Positions 12,434 through 24,873 of a DNA stretch of 64,000 nucleotides are shown piece by piece (position 1 is the first letter of the stretch; every line of letters begins with the position of its first letter). This DNA is from Octopus sinensis. Lineage: Eukaryota. The stretch is from assembly GCF_006345805.1 (NCBI RefSeq), contig NC_043013.1:37448001-37512000 (forward strand), read 5' to 3'. Below the pieces are notes generated by a model. The model did no database searches. It saw nothing but the letters and a program-made list of their open reading frames with translations, and had not been told where the DNA came from. The position numbers and the translations under genes are program-made.

Positions 12434-12590
12434 TCTTTTACTTGTTTCAATCATTTGACTATGGCTATGCTGGAGCACCGCCTTTAGTCGAACAAATCGA
12501 TCCCAGGACTCATTCTTTGTAAGCTTAGTACTTATTCTATCGGTTTATTTTGCAGAACTGCTACGTTACGGGACGTAAACACACCACAGA
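12432..12590 (-). mobile_element. SINE family A 3' tail
   Basis: cttttacttgtttcaatcatttgactatggctatgctggagcaccgcc. Confidence 0.85.
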
Positions 12591-12629
12591 CACACAAACT
12601 TCTACACACACACATACTTCATGTTGATT

Positions 12630-12810
12630 CGCTAGCCTCTGACGCATTTTTTCTCTCCTTCTTTCTGTGTTTCTTCTCTGTGTATCTTTCTGTTGAAGAG
12701 CGTAGGCTCGAAACGTTAAAGACTTGTTTTATTTATATTCCTGAGCGCCATACTAATACAATTGTTTGTTTGTATACCACCTGCCTTCGTCTTTTGTCTA
12801 TTTTCATAAA
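12630..12810 (+). mobile_element. Short (TA)n-associated repeat with a hammerhead-like motif (second copy at 39775-39935)
   Basis: tcttt-CTGTTGA-a-gagc gtag gctc-GAAACGTT-aaaga at 12685-12722; downstream cctgagcg...gtttgttt...accacctg matches the 39.8-kb copy. Confidence 0.7.
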
Positions 12811-12818
12811 GCTTCCCG

Positions 12819-12871
<53 letters not shown>

Positions 12872-13072
12872 GATACATCAGTGGATCCCTGCCGCATAAT
12901 TCTCAGAGTATGCAGCCAAGATCGTAATGATTGTGGTTTCGATTCCTCGAGAGAACATGCATTGTGCTCTTGACCAACATCCTCCATGTAACGTTCATCC
13001 AGGCCATCTAACAGGCAAACGTGTATAATACACCGACGAACGTTCGGTATGCTAACTGAATAATAATAATAA

Positions 13073-13120
<48 letters not shown>

Positions 13121-13204
13121 TTCTTTTATTGGCTTCAAGGGCCCTAGACATGGAGGGCTCGTGGAAATCAAGTTGTAATATTAAAATTAATTTGTTTGAA
13201 ATTT

Positions 13205-13232
13205 TACGGTGTTTCCATTATTTTGTCCAACT

Positions 13233-13240
<8 letters not shown>
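13205..13240. mobile_element. Isolated Tc1 TIR (same family as 34328-35607)
   Basis: ggtgtttccattattttgtccaactcc followed by TA. Confidence 0.75.
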
Positions 13241-13271
<31 letters not shown>

Positions 13272-13944
13272 GTAAAAAAATATACAAACTGGGACAAGAA
13301 CGTGAAACATTTAGAGGACGACACAAAAAACACGGACGGGACATTCGAAGCCCTCAATCATCAGTCAAGAACCGGATCATCTTCGCAATTTCGGCTGATT
13401 AATCTTGAGATTGCTCCGATCTGGGCAGCCCCCAAGGGAAATCTAAGCCAAGCGCATTAGATTCCTTGGAAGAAAGCCTCGAATGTACACAACACAGGGA
13501 CGGAAAACGGACGATGTTACACAAATAAAAATACAAAAATACGTAAAAACAATAATGATAGCACGAATAAGAATACAAAATACGTAAAAACAATAACAAA
13601 ACCAGGACGTCAGGACAAGCGTCTTTTCGACAGGACGAATTAAGTTTAGGGCTGGCTATGGAAAAGTACCTTAAGAACAAACAAATACGTGTTGCCACAA
13701 TGACTGCTGGATGTGAAAAGGCAGTAGTCCCTGGCTGGTCACGTGAGCACAAAAGAGAGGAGAAAGGGACAGATGAAGAGAGAAAGAAGAGGAACAATGG
13801 AGGAGAAGAAAGAGAGGGAAAGAGACAGGTCAAGTGGGGTGTAAGGTGTGAGAGGCAGAGAAATGTGGGAGAAGGGGACGGATAAGGCGCAGGAGTAGTT
13901 GTGTGGCAAGATCTTTGCATCTCAACCACATGTTTTCGTTTAAA

Positions 13945-14268
13945 GTCCCACTTTGCGGCAACTTGGAAAAGTTTCTTCTATTGTAACCTCAGGCCGACCG
14001 AAACCTTGTGGGGGGATTTGGTAGACTGATAGTGAAAGCAGCCTGTAGTGTGTATATATATTTGTACACTTGTGCGTCTGTGTTTGTTCCTATCCTCACC
14101 ATCGTTTGGAAACCGATGTTGGTGTGTATGCGTCCCTGTTTGTTAGTAGTTCGCAAAAGAGGGTTGGAATAAGTAGTAAGCTTACAGAGAAAAAGTCTTT
14201 GGAGTCGATCTGTTCGACTAAAGGCGGTGCTCCAGCACGATCACAGTCAAAGGACTGAAACATTTGAA
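13945..14268 (+). mobile_element. SINE family A, 5'-truncated
   Basis: caggccgaccgaaaccttgtg...ggcggtgctccagcacgatcacagtc. Confidence 0.8.
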
Positions 14269-14419
14269 AGAATATATATATGTATGTATGTACGTATGTA
14301 CATCAATTACGATTTGACGAAACAATTGCACCGTATAAGTGTTTGTCTGTCTACATATATATATTCATTAATATATTTCACGCACCTTGCAGATATATAT
14401 TGTATTTTAGTTCTAGAAC

Positions 14420-14648
14420 GCGGCGAGCTGGCAGAAACGTTAGCACGCCGGGCGAAATGCTAGCCGTATTTCGTCTGCCGTTACATTCTGAGTTCAAATT
14501 CCGCCGAGGACGACTTTGCCTTTCATCCTTTCGAGGTCAATAAATTAAGTACCAGTTACGCACTGGAGTCAATGTAATCGACTTAATCCGTTTGTCTGTC
14601 GCTGTTTATCTCCCCTGTGTTTAGCCCCTTGTGGGTAATAAAGAAATA
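14420..14648 (+). mobile_element. SINE family B, well preserved
   Basis: gcggcgagctggcagaaacgttagcacgccgggcgaaatgc...gttcaaattcc (B-box-like)...gccccttgtgggtaataaagaaata. Confidence 0.9.
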
Positions 14649-15121
14649 TATATTTTTTATTTTATTTCTAAACTGATATGACAGCGATTTCAATCATAAA
14701 AGAATTCCTTCGAAAATGTCACCATTATATTTGCACCCTTATATTTTACCTTCTTTCTTTGTTATAGCTCTTCAGCAATTACTGATATATAAAGGTTTGA
14801 ATGTTGCCAATAAAGATTGCAAATTATTAATATGATCACACAAATTCAGAAATTTTCTGCAAACCCGAATCCGAATCATTCTACATAGAATCCACACAAT
14901 TGCCGTGGCGTAAGTGCCTCGGGAGACATTTAATGAATCTATGGCTTTATTATACACAAAATGCTACGCAGAGATGTATATTTTTTGACACAATTACATA
15001 CACAAGCACACACACACACACACACTTACTTACACGCACATACTCATATATGTTTATATATACATGTGTGTGCACACATTTATATGATTATATACATATA
15101 AGCGTACGTATCAGTATATAT

Positions 15122-15152
<31 letters not shown>

Positions 15153-15352
15153 ATATATATATATATATTTACTTGTATAGATTTGCAAATATGCTTGTAT
15201 ACATTCACACAAATACAGGGTGTGTCCAGGAATTTCTGTAGACCGATATCATATATAGAGTTGGACTTTATATATAAACACACATACATATATCCATATA
15301 TGTAGTTTAATATATATATAAGTTTTTGTGTGTTTATGTGTGTGCATATATG

Positions 15353-15391
<39 letters not shown>

Positions 15392-15825
15392 ACATATATA
15401 TGTGTATATATGTGAGTGTGTGTTTGTAGGTACAATATCACAATATTGCAAGCGTCTAGAAATACCGGCAATTTTTAATATAGTTCCAAAGCCTAGCCCT
15501 AAGCTAAGTAAGAACAAATGACAAGAATATATATGGTAGAAATATACGTTCTTATATATAGATATATTTTTTTCTATAGAGTGAATTGGTTTCCTGTCTA
15601 AATTTATAAATTTAATGTTTCATATTTCACTCCTTGGTTTGTATTAGTCAAGTTTCTTCTCATGACTATGCAAAGCTGTGGATCAGTGGAAGATCTTAAA
15701 CTTATTATTTGCATTCTCTATCCATTTCTTCAATTAACCCTGTTACAATCCTACAGGCATACATGCATAGAAATGCTAGCTTGCAAATAACATACACCTC
15801 ACCAAACACACTCCTGCATACATAC

Positions 15826-15826
15826 A

Positions 15827-15909
<83 letters not shown>

Positions 15910-15925
15910 ATCTATCTATCTATCT
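15826..15925. repeat. (TCTA)n microsatellite
   Basis: Direct inspection. Confidence 0.95.
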
Positions 15926-16140
15926 AACTGTAATACACGATCCCTATTGATCCCTATTGATCGTCCCCACCTTTTTTTCTTTTCACGATCACCTTTGATC
16001 GGAATTCGACCCTTTTTTCCTCTCTTCTTCCCGAAAAGAAAAGCTTTGCTTTGTATTTTGCCTATTCTGTATTCAGCCTTGCGTGGCCAATAGGTTGGGG
16101 TATGTACCACAGTTAGGCCCCTCACCTTTTGGAGGATTCA

Positions 16141-16491
16141 GAATTCCACTTTAAACAAGGTGAAATATTTAAGATCTCATCAAATTTCATCTGTGCCTCT
16201 GAAAATGTTATCCATGCCATTACATGCTTAGGGTGTGGTCATAATTTTCATGGCCTAACAGGAATATCACTCCGTTGAAGAACAACTCTCAATAAAGAAC
16301 AAATCCGCCACCCTCAATACAGACAGATAAAGGTTTGTGAACACATAGAAAAGTGTGCTAGGAATCTTATTCTTAATTTATTAATCTTCCCCTACTATCA
16401 ATGTTCACAGAGCACCTCAGTACAACAAAGAATGAATAAAGAGGCAATTTTCATCAATAAATATCTTCCACAATTCAATATGAACACATAA
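16141..16491 (+). pseudogene. Penelope-like element GIY-YIG endonuclease, C-terminal fragment with one in-frame stop
   Basis: EFHFKQGEIFKISSNFICASENVIHAITCLGCGHNFHGLTGISLR*RTTLNKEQIRHPQYRQIKVCEHIEKCARN...FPYYQC...RMNKEAIFINKYLPQFNMNT*: NVIY.ITC..C...YIG.T...LR.R pattern and terminal KE..FI.K..P..N. Confidence 0.85.
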
Positions 16492-16673
16492 TATAATACA
16501 AAACACTACTAACATTTCAGTTAATACAACTAACCCTCATACATCCCATGCACCATTCACATTACAGATCTATATCTACCCTAATTGCACCAAATCCAGA
16601 ACTACTTACCTCCGTTACACATAATCGTTTTATGAAGGGACTAGTAGACCTGACTCCGTTCATTAATCGGTGT

Positions 16674-16715
16674 GCACTCAAAGCAATGATTAGTAAATTC
16701 ACAAAACCGGTATGC
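16674..16715 (+). ncRNA. Decayed hammerhead motif in the PLE 3' (pLTR) region
   Basis: gca-CTCAAAG-...-AAAAC-CG-GTA-tgc; stem I gca/tgc and ACCGGT palindrome kept, core mutated. Confidence 0.4.
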
Positions 16716-16872
16716 TTTTGAATCTCTTTAACAATTCACAATAATGACTATTATTACTTATATCCCTACCTCAGTTCATCTAATGTTATATCTCTATCGT
16801 TACTTTTCATAAAAAGCCTTTACTTCTTTATATTTAAATTGTGCATTTTCGCTTATTTTTCTTCTTACTTTC

Positions 16873-16879
<7 letters not shown>

Positions 16880-16927
<48 letters not shown>

Positions 16928-16938
16928 TAGAGAGAGAG

Positions 16939-16983
<45 letters not shown>

Positions 16984-16984
16984 T

Positions 16985-17047
<63 letters not shown>
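16880..17047. repeat. Compound (TA)n-(GA)n-(TAGA)n microsatellite
   Basis: Direct inspection. Confidence 0.95.
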
Positions 17048-17048
<1 letters not shown>

Positions 17049-17068
17049 TTATTAGTCTTATTGTAAAC

Positions 17069-17940
17069 CAGTTGTTCTCAACCTATGGACTCCTTCCATT
17101 ACTATTTTACGTGAGTGGATCCTGAAAGACATTGAAAGTTTAAACAATTCTGTTATTGAAGAACACGTAGAAGGATCATTTTTTTCTTCAACACGTAAAT
17201 GCTGAACAGTATATATAAAGGATAAAATCCTTTTAAGAACAGAAAAATTTGCTGGCAACCAGCCATGGTTAACATTTACGTGTTGAAGAACATTTATCTT
17301 TCTGCTTGCTCTACAGTACGTTTCCCCACTTCAGAAACAAACTTGTGTTTCTTTAGATATGATGTAATCCTGTTATTATATATTTTTAAATAAATATTAG
17401 TAGGAATTGTATTAAAAATGTATATTTATAGGCGCAGTGGTGGCTGTGTGGTAGTTAGCTTGTTTACCAACCACATGGTTCCGGGTTCAGTCCCACTGCG
17501 TGGCACCTTGGGCAAGTGTCTTCTACTATAGCCTCGGGCCGACCAAAGCCTTGTGAGTGGATTTGGTAGACGGAAACTGAAAGAAGCCCGTCGTATATAT
17601 GTATATATATATATATGCGTGTATGCGTTTGTGTCCGTGTTTGTCCTCCTAGCATTGCTTGACAACCGATGCTGGTGTGTTTATGTCCCCGTTACTTAGC
17701 GGTTCGGCAAAAGAGACCGATAGAATAAGTACTGGGCTTACAAAAGAATAAGTCCCGGGGTCGAGTTGCTCGATTAAAGGCGGTGCTCCAGCATGGCCGC
17801 AGTCAAATGACTGAAACAAGTAAAAGAATAAAAAAAAGAAATACTGAATTATAGAAGTACAATTGGTTTATTTCACAAAACCTTTAACGAAGATTACGGG
17901 GACCCACAATGGTGATGTGGAACCCGGTTGAGACCCACTA
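17069..17940. mobile_element. hAT (Charlie-like) non-autonomous element with a nested SINE
   Basis: TIRs cagttgttctcaacc (17069-17083) and ggttgagacccacta (17926-17940); 8-bp TSD ttgtaaac/ctgtaaat (6/8). Confidence 0.7.
17431..17837 (+). mobile_element. SINE family A, full-length young copy
   Basis: A-box tggctgtgtgg, B-box ggttcagtccc, CORE-like ccttgggcaagtgtct, internal (TA)/(TG) tract, tail tgactgaaacaagtaaaaga; near-identical to 29551-29958. Confidence 0.95.
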
Positions 17941-18029
17941 CTGTAAATAAACTGTAAATAAACATAGATATCCTAACTAATGGCTATTATTAATATTTTC
18001 CCTTAGTTTATCTAACCCTTCTGTTCAAT

Positions 18030-18235
18030 AGGTGGAGGGGCTTGGCTTAGTGATTAGGGTGTTGGACCGGGTGCCGCATTGTGTTCTTGCTCCAGTCCAC
18101 TCATCTGGCAAAAATGAGTAATTCTGCGAGAGACCGGCGTCTTTTCCAGGTGAGTAATACATTTGCTATGAAACCAGGAAACCGGCCCTCATGAGTAGGT
18201 ATGACTCGAGAAAGTAGCATCACTTTTTCGGCCCG
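18030..18235 (+). mobile_element. SINE (family C-related), internally deleted
   Basis: ggaggggcttggcttagtgattaggg head; gctccagtccactcatctggcaaaaatgagt core. Confidence 0.6.
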
Positions 18236-19167
18236 ATAAGTAAATATCAACATGATCCTTCACTTTATTTTTATTACGTTATATCTAGATTCGATATCGA
18301 AGATGAAATCAATTTGATTGTATATCTATGTGTCACTCCTCCCAATAAAATCAGTAATGGGAAAATAAATGCCGTAAACATCATTTTGACATAACCCTCC
18401 CATTATCCTTTTTCGAAGTGTTTGTGAAGACAATGGTTAAATACACAAATACACACGCACACGGGCGTGCACACACACACACACACACACATACAAGCAC
18501 ACACACACACACCTACAAATACACACTCGTGCACTCACACTCACACACACCACACACGCACGCAGAGACACAGATACACACATGCCCAAGCGCACAAAAT
18601 CATTCGCACAATCAGAGGTTTTGTAAGCATTACGCATTTATGCTAATTTCATGAATAGTTTTGGAATTTTTATCCAGTGTTTATATCTTCTCTGAAGATG
18701 GCGTGAATAGCAAGGACACAGTTTTGCTTATTAGCTGACACTTATCACTAATGCCCTCCTTTACATGTAGTTGCTTGTTCAACAATCCGTAATTTCTTCC
18801 AGAAATCAATTCTGCGTCTTCCACTTCCTTGAAATCAACGTCGTCACCACCATTGTCATCGTTGTCATTGTCATCTGTATCATCACCGCCGCCAGCACAA
18901 ACACAACCATCACGATCATCATCATCCTCATCTGCAACCTTCTATTTCTCCTCCTTCTCACCATCATGTTCATTACAACCGCCTTCATTATCATTGTCTT
19001 TACACATTCCGCAACTGGCTCCACCTGTATTTCTTACACCTTGAATTTAATTGAACAGAGAAATCTATTTAGTAGAAACAGAATCTGTTACTTACCTGGT
19101 AAAATGACATTGAAACAAACTCAGTAACTGAATAAATAAATATAATCACGTACAGACACACCCACAG

Positions 19168-19201
<34 letters not shown>

Positions 19202-19371
19202 ACACACACACACGCACAGTTCTCCATCCAAGAAATCTTTTATTCGGCAGCCATCTATAGTTTTGAATGATTTCACATATTAATTTTTCCGATTATATCT
19301 TGTTATGATATGTATATCATAACACATATATATATATATGTGTGTGTGTGTTTAAATATATATACATATCT

Positions 19372-19770
19372 TTTATCATCTGCTTGTTTGTCGACTGACT
19401 GCAACCATGCTGGTTCGTCACCTTGAAGTGTTTTAGTCGAGCAAATCGACCGACAACCTGTGTTTCTTAGGCCTAGTATTTATTCCATCGGTATTTTGCC
19501 TAACCGATAATTTACAAGGACGTAAACACAACAACATCGGTTGTCAAGCGGTGGTGGGAGCCTACCGACACAGTCACAAAGTCATGCACTCATAAACGTA
19601 TGCATATATTCACGACGGGCTTCTTTATGTTTATCTCTATCAAATCGGTTCATAAGGCTTTGGTAGGCCTCAGGCCAATGTAGAAGACTCTTACCCAATG
19701 TGCCGAGCTGTGACACTGAACCCGGACTCATGTTGTTGAAAAGCAATCTTTGTACCACACAGTCACGCCT
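19372..19770 (-). mobile_element. SINE family A, degraded
   Basis: Reverse complement of tail (gactgcaaccatgctgg) and head (taccacacagtcacgcc). Confidence 0.8.
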
Positions 19771-19890
19771 AGTCCAAATATATTATATATATCCGCTTCC
19801 TCCTTCTTTGTTATCAAATTAAAATAAAGGCATACCAGCGAAAAGCACGAGTTTACCCCCCTTGTTATTATATCCATTTTCTTCTCCTAT

Positions 19891-19939
<49 letters not shown>

Positions 19940-19952
19940 TATTATATATATA

Positions 19953-19994
<42 letters not shown>

Positions 19995-19999
<5 letters not shown>

Positions 20000-20241
20000 A
20001 GACCCAAAGTTCACAGTGTAGGGATTTAAGAAGCTTCTAGCGGTCCGTAGAAGTTATAAAAAACATCTTTCGGGAACAATAATAGTTTATTGACGTAGAA
20101 GCTTGTAAAAGTTTCTCCCTACCGATGTTCGATAAGCTGAAAAATGTTATTTTATAACTTACAGTTTAGCAGCTCGTTTTGCTGTGTATACGAATAGAAA
20201 TACGAAGTTAAGTATCAGTGTACATAAAAATCTAGGCTACA
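19995..20241 (+). mobile_element. Possible solo LTR
   Basis: Begins TGTA.., ends ..TACA inside a TA context; no PBS or internal ORF seen. Confidence 0.25.
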
Positions 20242-20859
20242 TATGTTCCATTGTTAGCAGAACCTCGGAAGTAAGAATTATCCAGAAGAGGGGGTAATCT
20301 GTTAGCTATACGTCAGGCCAAAGATACCTAAATCAAATGAAGTTTACATTGTCTTGAAGGGATTCCATGGTACCTCGCTGGAGAATCGATCGAAAATACA
20401 CAGGAAGCACGGAGATAGGGAAGAAAAATTACCACTCGTTTGGACAGTGACCACTACCCAGGTTCTGCTAGCTATGAAATATGTACCCTGGGTTTAATCT
20501 ACACCACTCTTTAATTTTGTTTACAAATACACACAGGCACAGATACACACACAAACAAAAACACACACACACATATGTTTGTATACGTGGGAATTTGGAC
20601 TGTCAACTACCGTGAAAAGAAAGAGAATTTGCTAAGAAGCAGAAGAGAAGAAGAGTTTTCCCTCAAGGAGAGAGAACCGCTTAGTGCTCATAGTCTTTGT
20701 TCCTTTCTCTCCTTTGCTTTATTACGATCGATATTTTCAATTTTCTTTACTTATAACAGTGGAGGAGAGACAAAGAGGGAAAAAAAGTAACCGATAGAAT
20801 ATATACATATAGCGCGTGTATATATATATATATCTTCTTATGTGTATACGCACTTGCAC

Positions 20860-20894
<35 letters not shown>

Positions 20895-21974
20895 GAAAAT
20901 GAGAGGTGGTAGTGATGACATTTTAAGCTCTTAGGAACTAAGTAAGCCAAACTAAATGCAAAATAAATTTCTCAGATCAAGCCATAGCTGGTTTATGTAA
21001 AATAATTATTTTGTGAGTGTAGAATCTGTTTCGTTTGAAGAGAATGAATAGATGAGGCTAAACACAGAAAGAAAATCCGATAAATCCTCATTCAGAGGAA
21101 GAAGACTTAGCAAAAGTATAGGAGAAATTACATTAATGTAATATCTATGAAGGATAGGTTTGAAAACAGTTAGCCATTAGAGTTGGAAGTCTTGGAAAAA
21201 TCAGATTTAATAAATTTCATTATAAACAGATGTAGGAAGCTAGATATTGTTGGAGAGGGAATAAATTTGTTACTATGTTGAGAACAGTTAATTGTTAGTG
21301 AGAACTGTTGATATGAAAATTAATTTAGTCTAATTAAAATGTAATTCTGTGTAAATGTATGAAATAGTTTTTGAAGGAACTTTCATAATATGACTAAATA
21401 AATGAAAAATAATAATTTATGATACGAAAGTAGAAATTTTAAAACGGTTACAGAAATCTAAGAAGAAAATGTATAAAGTCTTTAATGTACATTAAGAAAT
21501 TAAGACGATTATGTATGTTTGTGATATAAGAGCGTTAAGTATGGTATATAATACTTGAATTAAAATAAAATAAATTAATGTATATAAATGTAAATTTAAA
21601 ATTTTTACCTATGGAAAACATTGTCGAATACTAAATATGTAAAGGAGACTGACTATATTTCTTTTCTAAATTGTTAAGTGGATCGGAGAGTCGGGTAAAG
21701 GGAAATAATTGACTTAATTAAAATTGTCGCAAATTTTATCAGAGAAAGGAAATTTGAAAACAAAAATGGAAAGAAAAGTAATGTTTGGGTAAAATGAATA
21801 TATGGATGTATTAGTTTAAGTAATTAAATATATTAAAAGTAGATCGATGTGTTTATAAATTTTATTGAGAAATAAGATGAAATAATAGGTGCAAGCATGC
21901 TAATATAGTAATGTAACACGCTTTGCAAAGACTTGGTTTCGCGTTCATTCCTATTGCTAGCGCCAGGCGTAATT

Positions 21975-22480
21975 TAGGTTAAGTAAAACATGTTTGTGTC
22001 ATATTTCAACTACTATAAGGCAAATTCACAGCCAGTTACTGTAGAGAAATTATCTTTCTTACGGTAAAAGGTGTGAAAACACCCAATTTCTTAAGTGTCA
22101 CCGTTTATCAGGATACCCAAACAGCAATATTCCAAGTTAGTTGGCTTTTATCAATGAGAAGTACCTAAGAGAAGTAACTCTGAACAAATGCTATAAAGCA
22201 ATAGCTTTATGTAAATTACAGTTAACAGCGTTGACAGATTTGCGCTGGGAAATCGACCGATCGCGTAAAATAATGAAATATTAGCGCCAATAGGGTGTTT
22301 TCACACCTTTTTACTATAAGAGAAATATTTTCTCTATGGTTATTGCAGTGAATTTGTCTTTTAGCAGTCTAAATTTGCCACAAACATATTTAAACTTTAT
22401 TTATGCCGAAACACTGCTTGGCGCTCATATTTCGCTATCTTTCACGATCGGGCGATCTACCACGGCAACTCACTTAAAGT
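21975..22480. repeat. Unclassified ~330-bp repeat family, fold-back copy
   Basis: Arms ~21990-22085 and ~22292-22390 (aaaaggtgtgaaaacaccc / gggtgttttcacacctttt). Confidence 0.8.
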
Positions 22481-22899
22481 TGTTGAATAATTGACGACTA
22501 CCCTATCAAAATTATTGATGCGAAATCAAGGGTTCTAAAGCAAAGAAATGCATGAAATAAATGTGGTGTATTTTAAAACTTAATTAGCACCAGAAAGAAA
22601 TTGTACCTCCTCTGTGAAACTTAGATTTATGTAAATGTTACTTTTGTCTCTGAAAGAAATCCAGATGGTCCACGAGCTATTCAGCTGCTATCAAAGTCAT
22701 GTTGCTGAATATTGTAAACAGAAAGATTAAATAAGAAACCCTTATGAAATTTAAAAATCAAGAATTACAAAATATTGCGCATCAATAATGCTTTAGTGTA
22801 ATATTAGTAATCTCTTAATTCAGAAACACTCGCATCAGCACATACTAGGTTGAGTCAAATGGGTTTTTTTCTGTGCTTCGATCTTTAATTAATAGTTCA

Positions 22900-23480
22900 A
22901 ACAACTTAAATACGAAAAGCGTTTATTCATCAAAATATATCCCGTTGTATTATTTCGTTTACTATTACTGTTGAGCCAAATGCTCAGTTCCACGCCTATG
23001 ATATTCATCTGGGTTAAAGGCAAAAATTTCCATCGCCCGTTTTCCGCCTTATCCGCATTTTTGAACCTCCGTCCGTGCATGAAAGGAACCATTGCTCGGA
23101 GAAGTTGGAATTCTGATATTGCAAGGTTTGGACTGTAGGCAGTGTGTGCTTAGACATTGTCAAGCTGCAGAAGCCTGCTTTTCGATTGACCCAACCGGTT
23201 AGCGGCCTATCAACGAATCATGTATTCAATGTAGCTGTTAAGCATAAAGCTTACCATTCACATCTGTGTCAAGCTCAAAGGGCAACACCTGCTCAAAATT
23301 CCACCAAGCACACATCACATTCTGTTCAAGCTGACCTCATTTGGAACAAGCTTCTGGAGTCTGACCTGAATGAAGCCACCAATTTTTCTTATTTGGATGC
23401 TTACATAAATCCATATCAATTATCTCTACTTACAATTTGACGTCAAAAGTAGGCTTCTTTAGTATTTACCTGTTGCTTGT
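22900..23480 (-). mobile_element. mariner transposase remnant (C-terminal catalytic region)
   Basis: WWNFEQVLPFEL, LQLDN..KHT, AYSPNLAISEFQLLRAMVPFMHGRRFKNAD, ending YNGIYFDE*. Confidence 0.8.
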
Positions 23481-23859
23481 AACTGTTCACACGTCTTTGA
23501 GCCTGGTCACTGGTTTGTTCATGAGGAGCTTCTCAACAGCGTTGTTCACAGGGCCGAGCTTAAGGAGTATCAATTGATGCTATTTTTCTGAAAGACCAAA
23601 ATCTGCCAATAATGTAGGAATGCTTGAGCTTGAGCGTTTCTCAAGCATTTCAAGAAAGGCCACATTTTCCACAATAGGTGTTCTTGAACTCAACGCTCGT
23701 TGACAGTTCTTGGGCCTTTCATATAATTAACTTCTTTTGCCGCTGCCATTACACTCAGTCCTTTCCAAGGGTAGAGACCGTAAATGACTCTAATTGCAAT
23801 TTTTCATTAGTCTTTTTTTTTTCAGTTGCTAAGTATCAAAATTACTCATCCACTCAATC

Positions 23860-24000
23860 CAAACTACTCATCCGTTCAATATTTTGGTCGTTCCGAAGCT
23901 ACAGTTGACGACACTTGTCCAAGATGCCACACAAAATCACCGAAACCCGAAACTATGTGGCCCTTAGTTAAACTTCTTATAGGACAGCCACGCCTCTACC
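23860..24000 (-). mobile_element. SINE family A 5' fragment
   Basis: gacacttgtccaagatgccac...cagccacgcc. Confidence 0.7.
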
Positions 24001-24699
24001 TACATACAAACACAAGCACACACACATAAAACACACACACATATATGCATATGCACACAGATTTATACATAAATTTCATATATACATATACGCGCATATA
24101 CACACATATGCTATTAAACAGTGTTATATATAACAAATTTGTGGACTGAAAATAAAATACTAAAGAACGCTTGTTTGATGTGTTAAAAGTAGGATACAGT
24201 TAGCGTTTAGATGTTGATAGGTTTAATTTATTATTCCATTATCCATGCTTTTCTCAAATAGAACTGCGGAGTCATTTTGGGCGGCAACCTAGAAATGTTG
24301 CACATAAATTATCTGCTATCTGTAAATGATAGCTGAAGATGAAGTTTATGTAAAACGTTTAAAAAATTATATGCATAAATTAACTTGTTAAATGAAATTA
24401 TGAATAACCCATTTGTTGAACACTCAATTCCAGACATGTATGTGTGTTTGTCTCTTTGTGTTTGTGTGTGTGAGTGCATGTGTGTGTGCACGACTGTATG
24501 TGTGGCTAGAGGTATATATTACACAAACCTCAATATGCAAAACTAGTAAATATTTAGTTCATTAAATTCAGTTAATTGGTCACTAAGTGGGTGGAATTAT
24601 TAAAGCTGTTCTTCTAGGAATTGTTTGCATACCCACACACGCACACATTCAAACGCATTCAAACACACATAAAAACACACACACATACACACACATATA

Positions 24700-24873
24700 T
24701 GACTGTGTGGTAAGAAGCTTGCTACGCGCAGGCGTAGCTGTGTGTAAAGAAACCACATGCATCCGGGATCAATTCCACTACGTGGCACCCTGGTCAAGTG
24801 TCTTCTGTTATAGTCCTCGAGCCGACCAAAAGCTAGTGAGCGGATTTGGTATACGGAAACTGAAGAAACCGTC

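Noticed and set aside
13330-13420. Minus-strand CUGAUGA followed by ..cuucGAAUGUC as a hammerhead
   Set aside because: No GAAA core and no stem I pairing
18140-18156. Plus-strand cttttccAG|GTGAGT ratchet-like motif
   Set aside because: Lies inside a decayed SINE; expected by chance
18700-19030. Acidic D/E/G-rich minus-strand frame as an exon
   Set aside because: Contains an in-frame stop, has a weak acceptor, and looks like degenerate (GAT)n-type low-complexity sequence
20930-21900. AT-rich strand-biased block with LSFIDITL, similar to the RT LPFLD motif, on the minus strand
   Set aside because: Only one short motif amid many stops; not enough to call a retroelement
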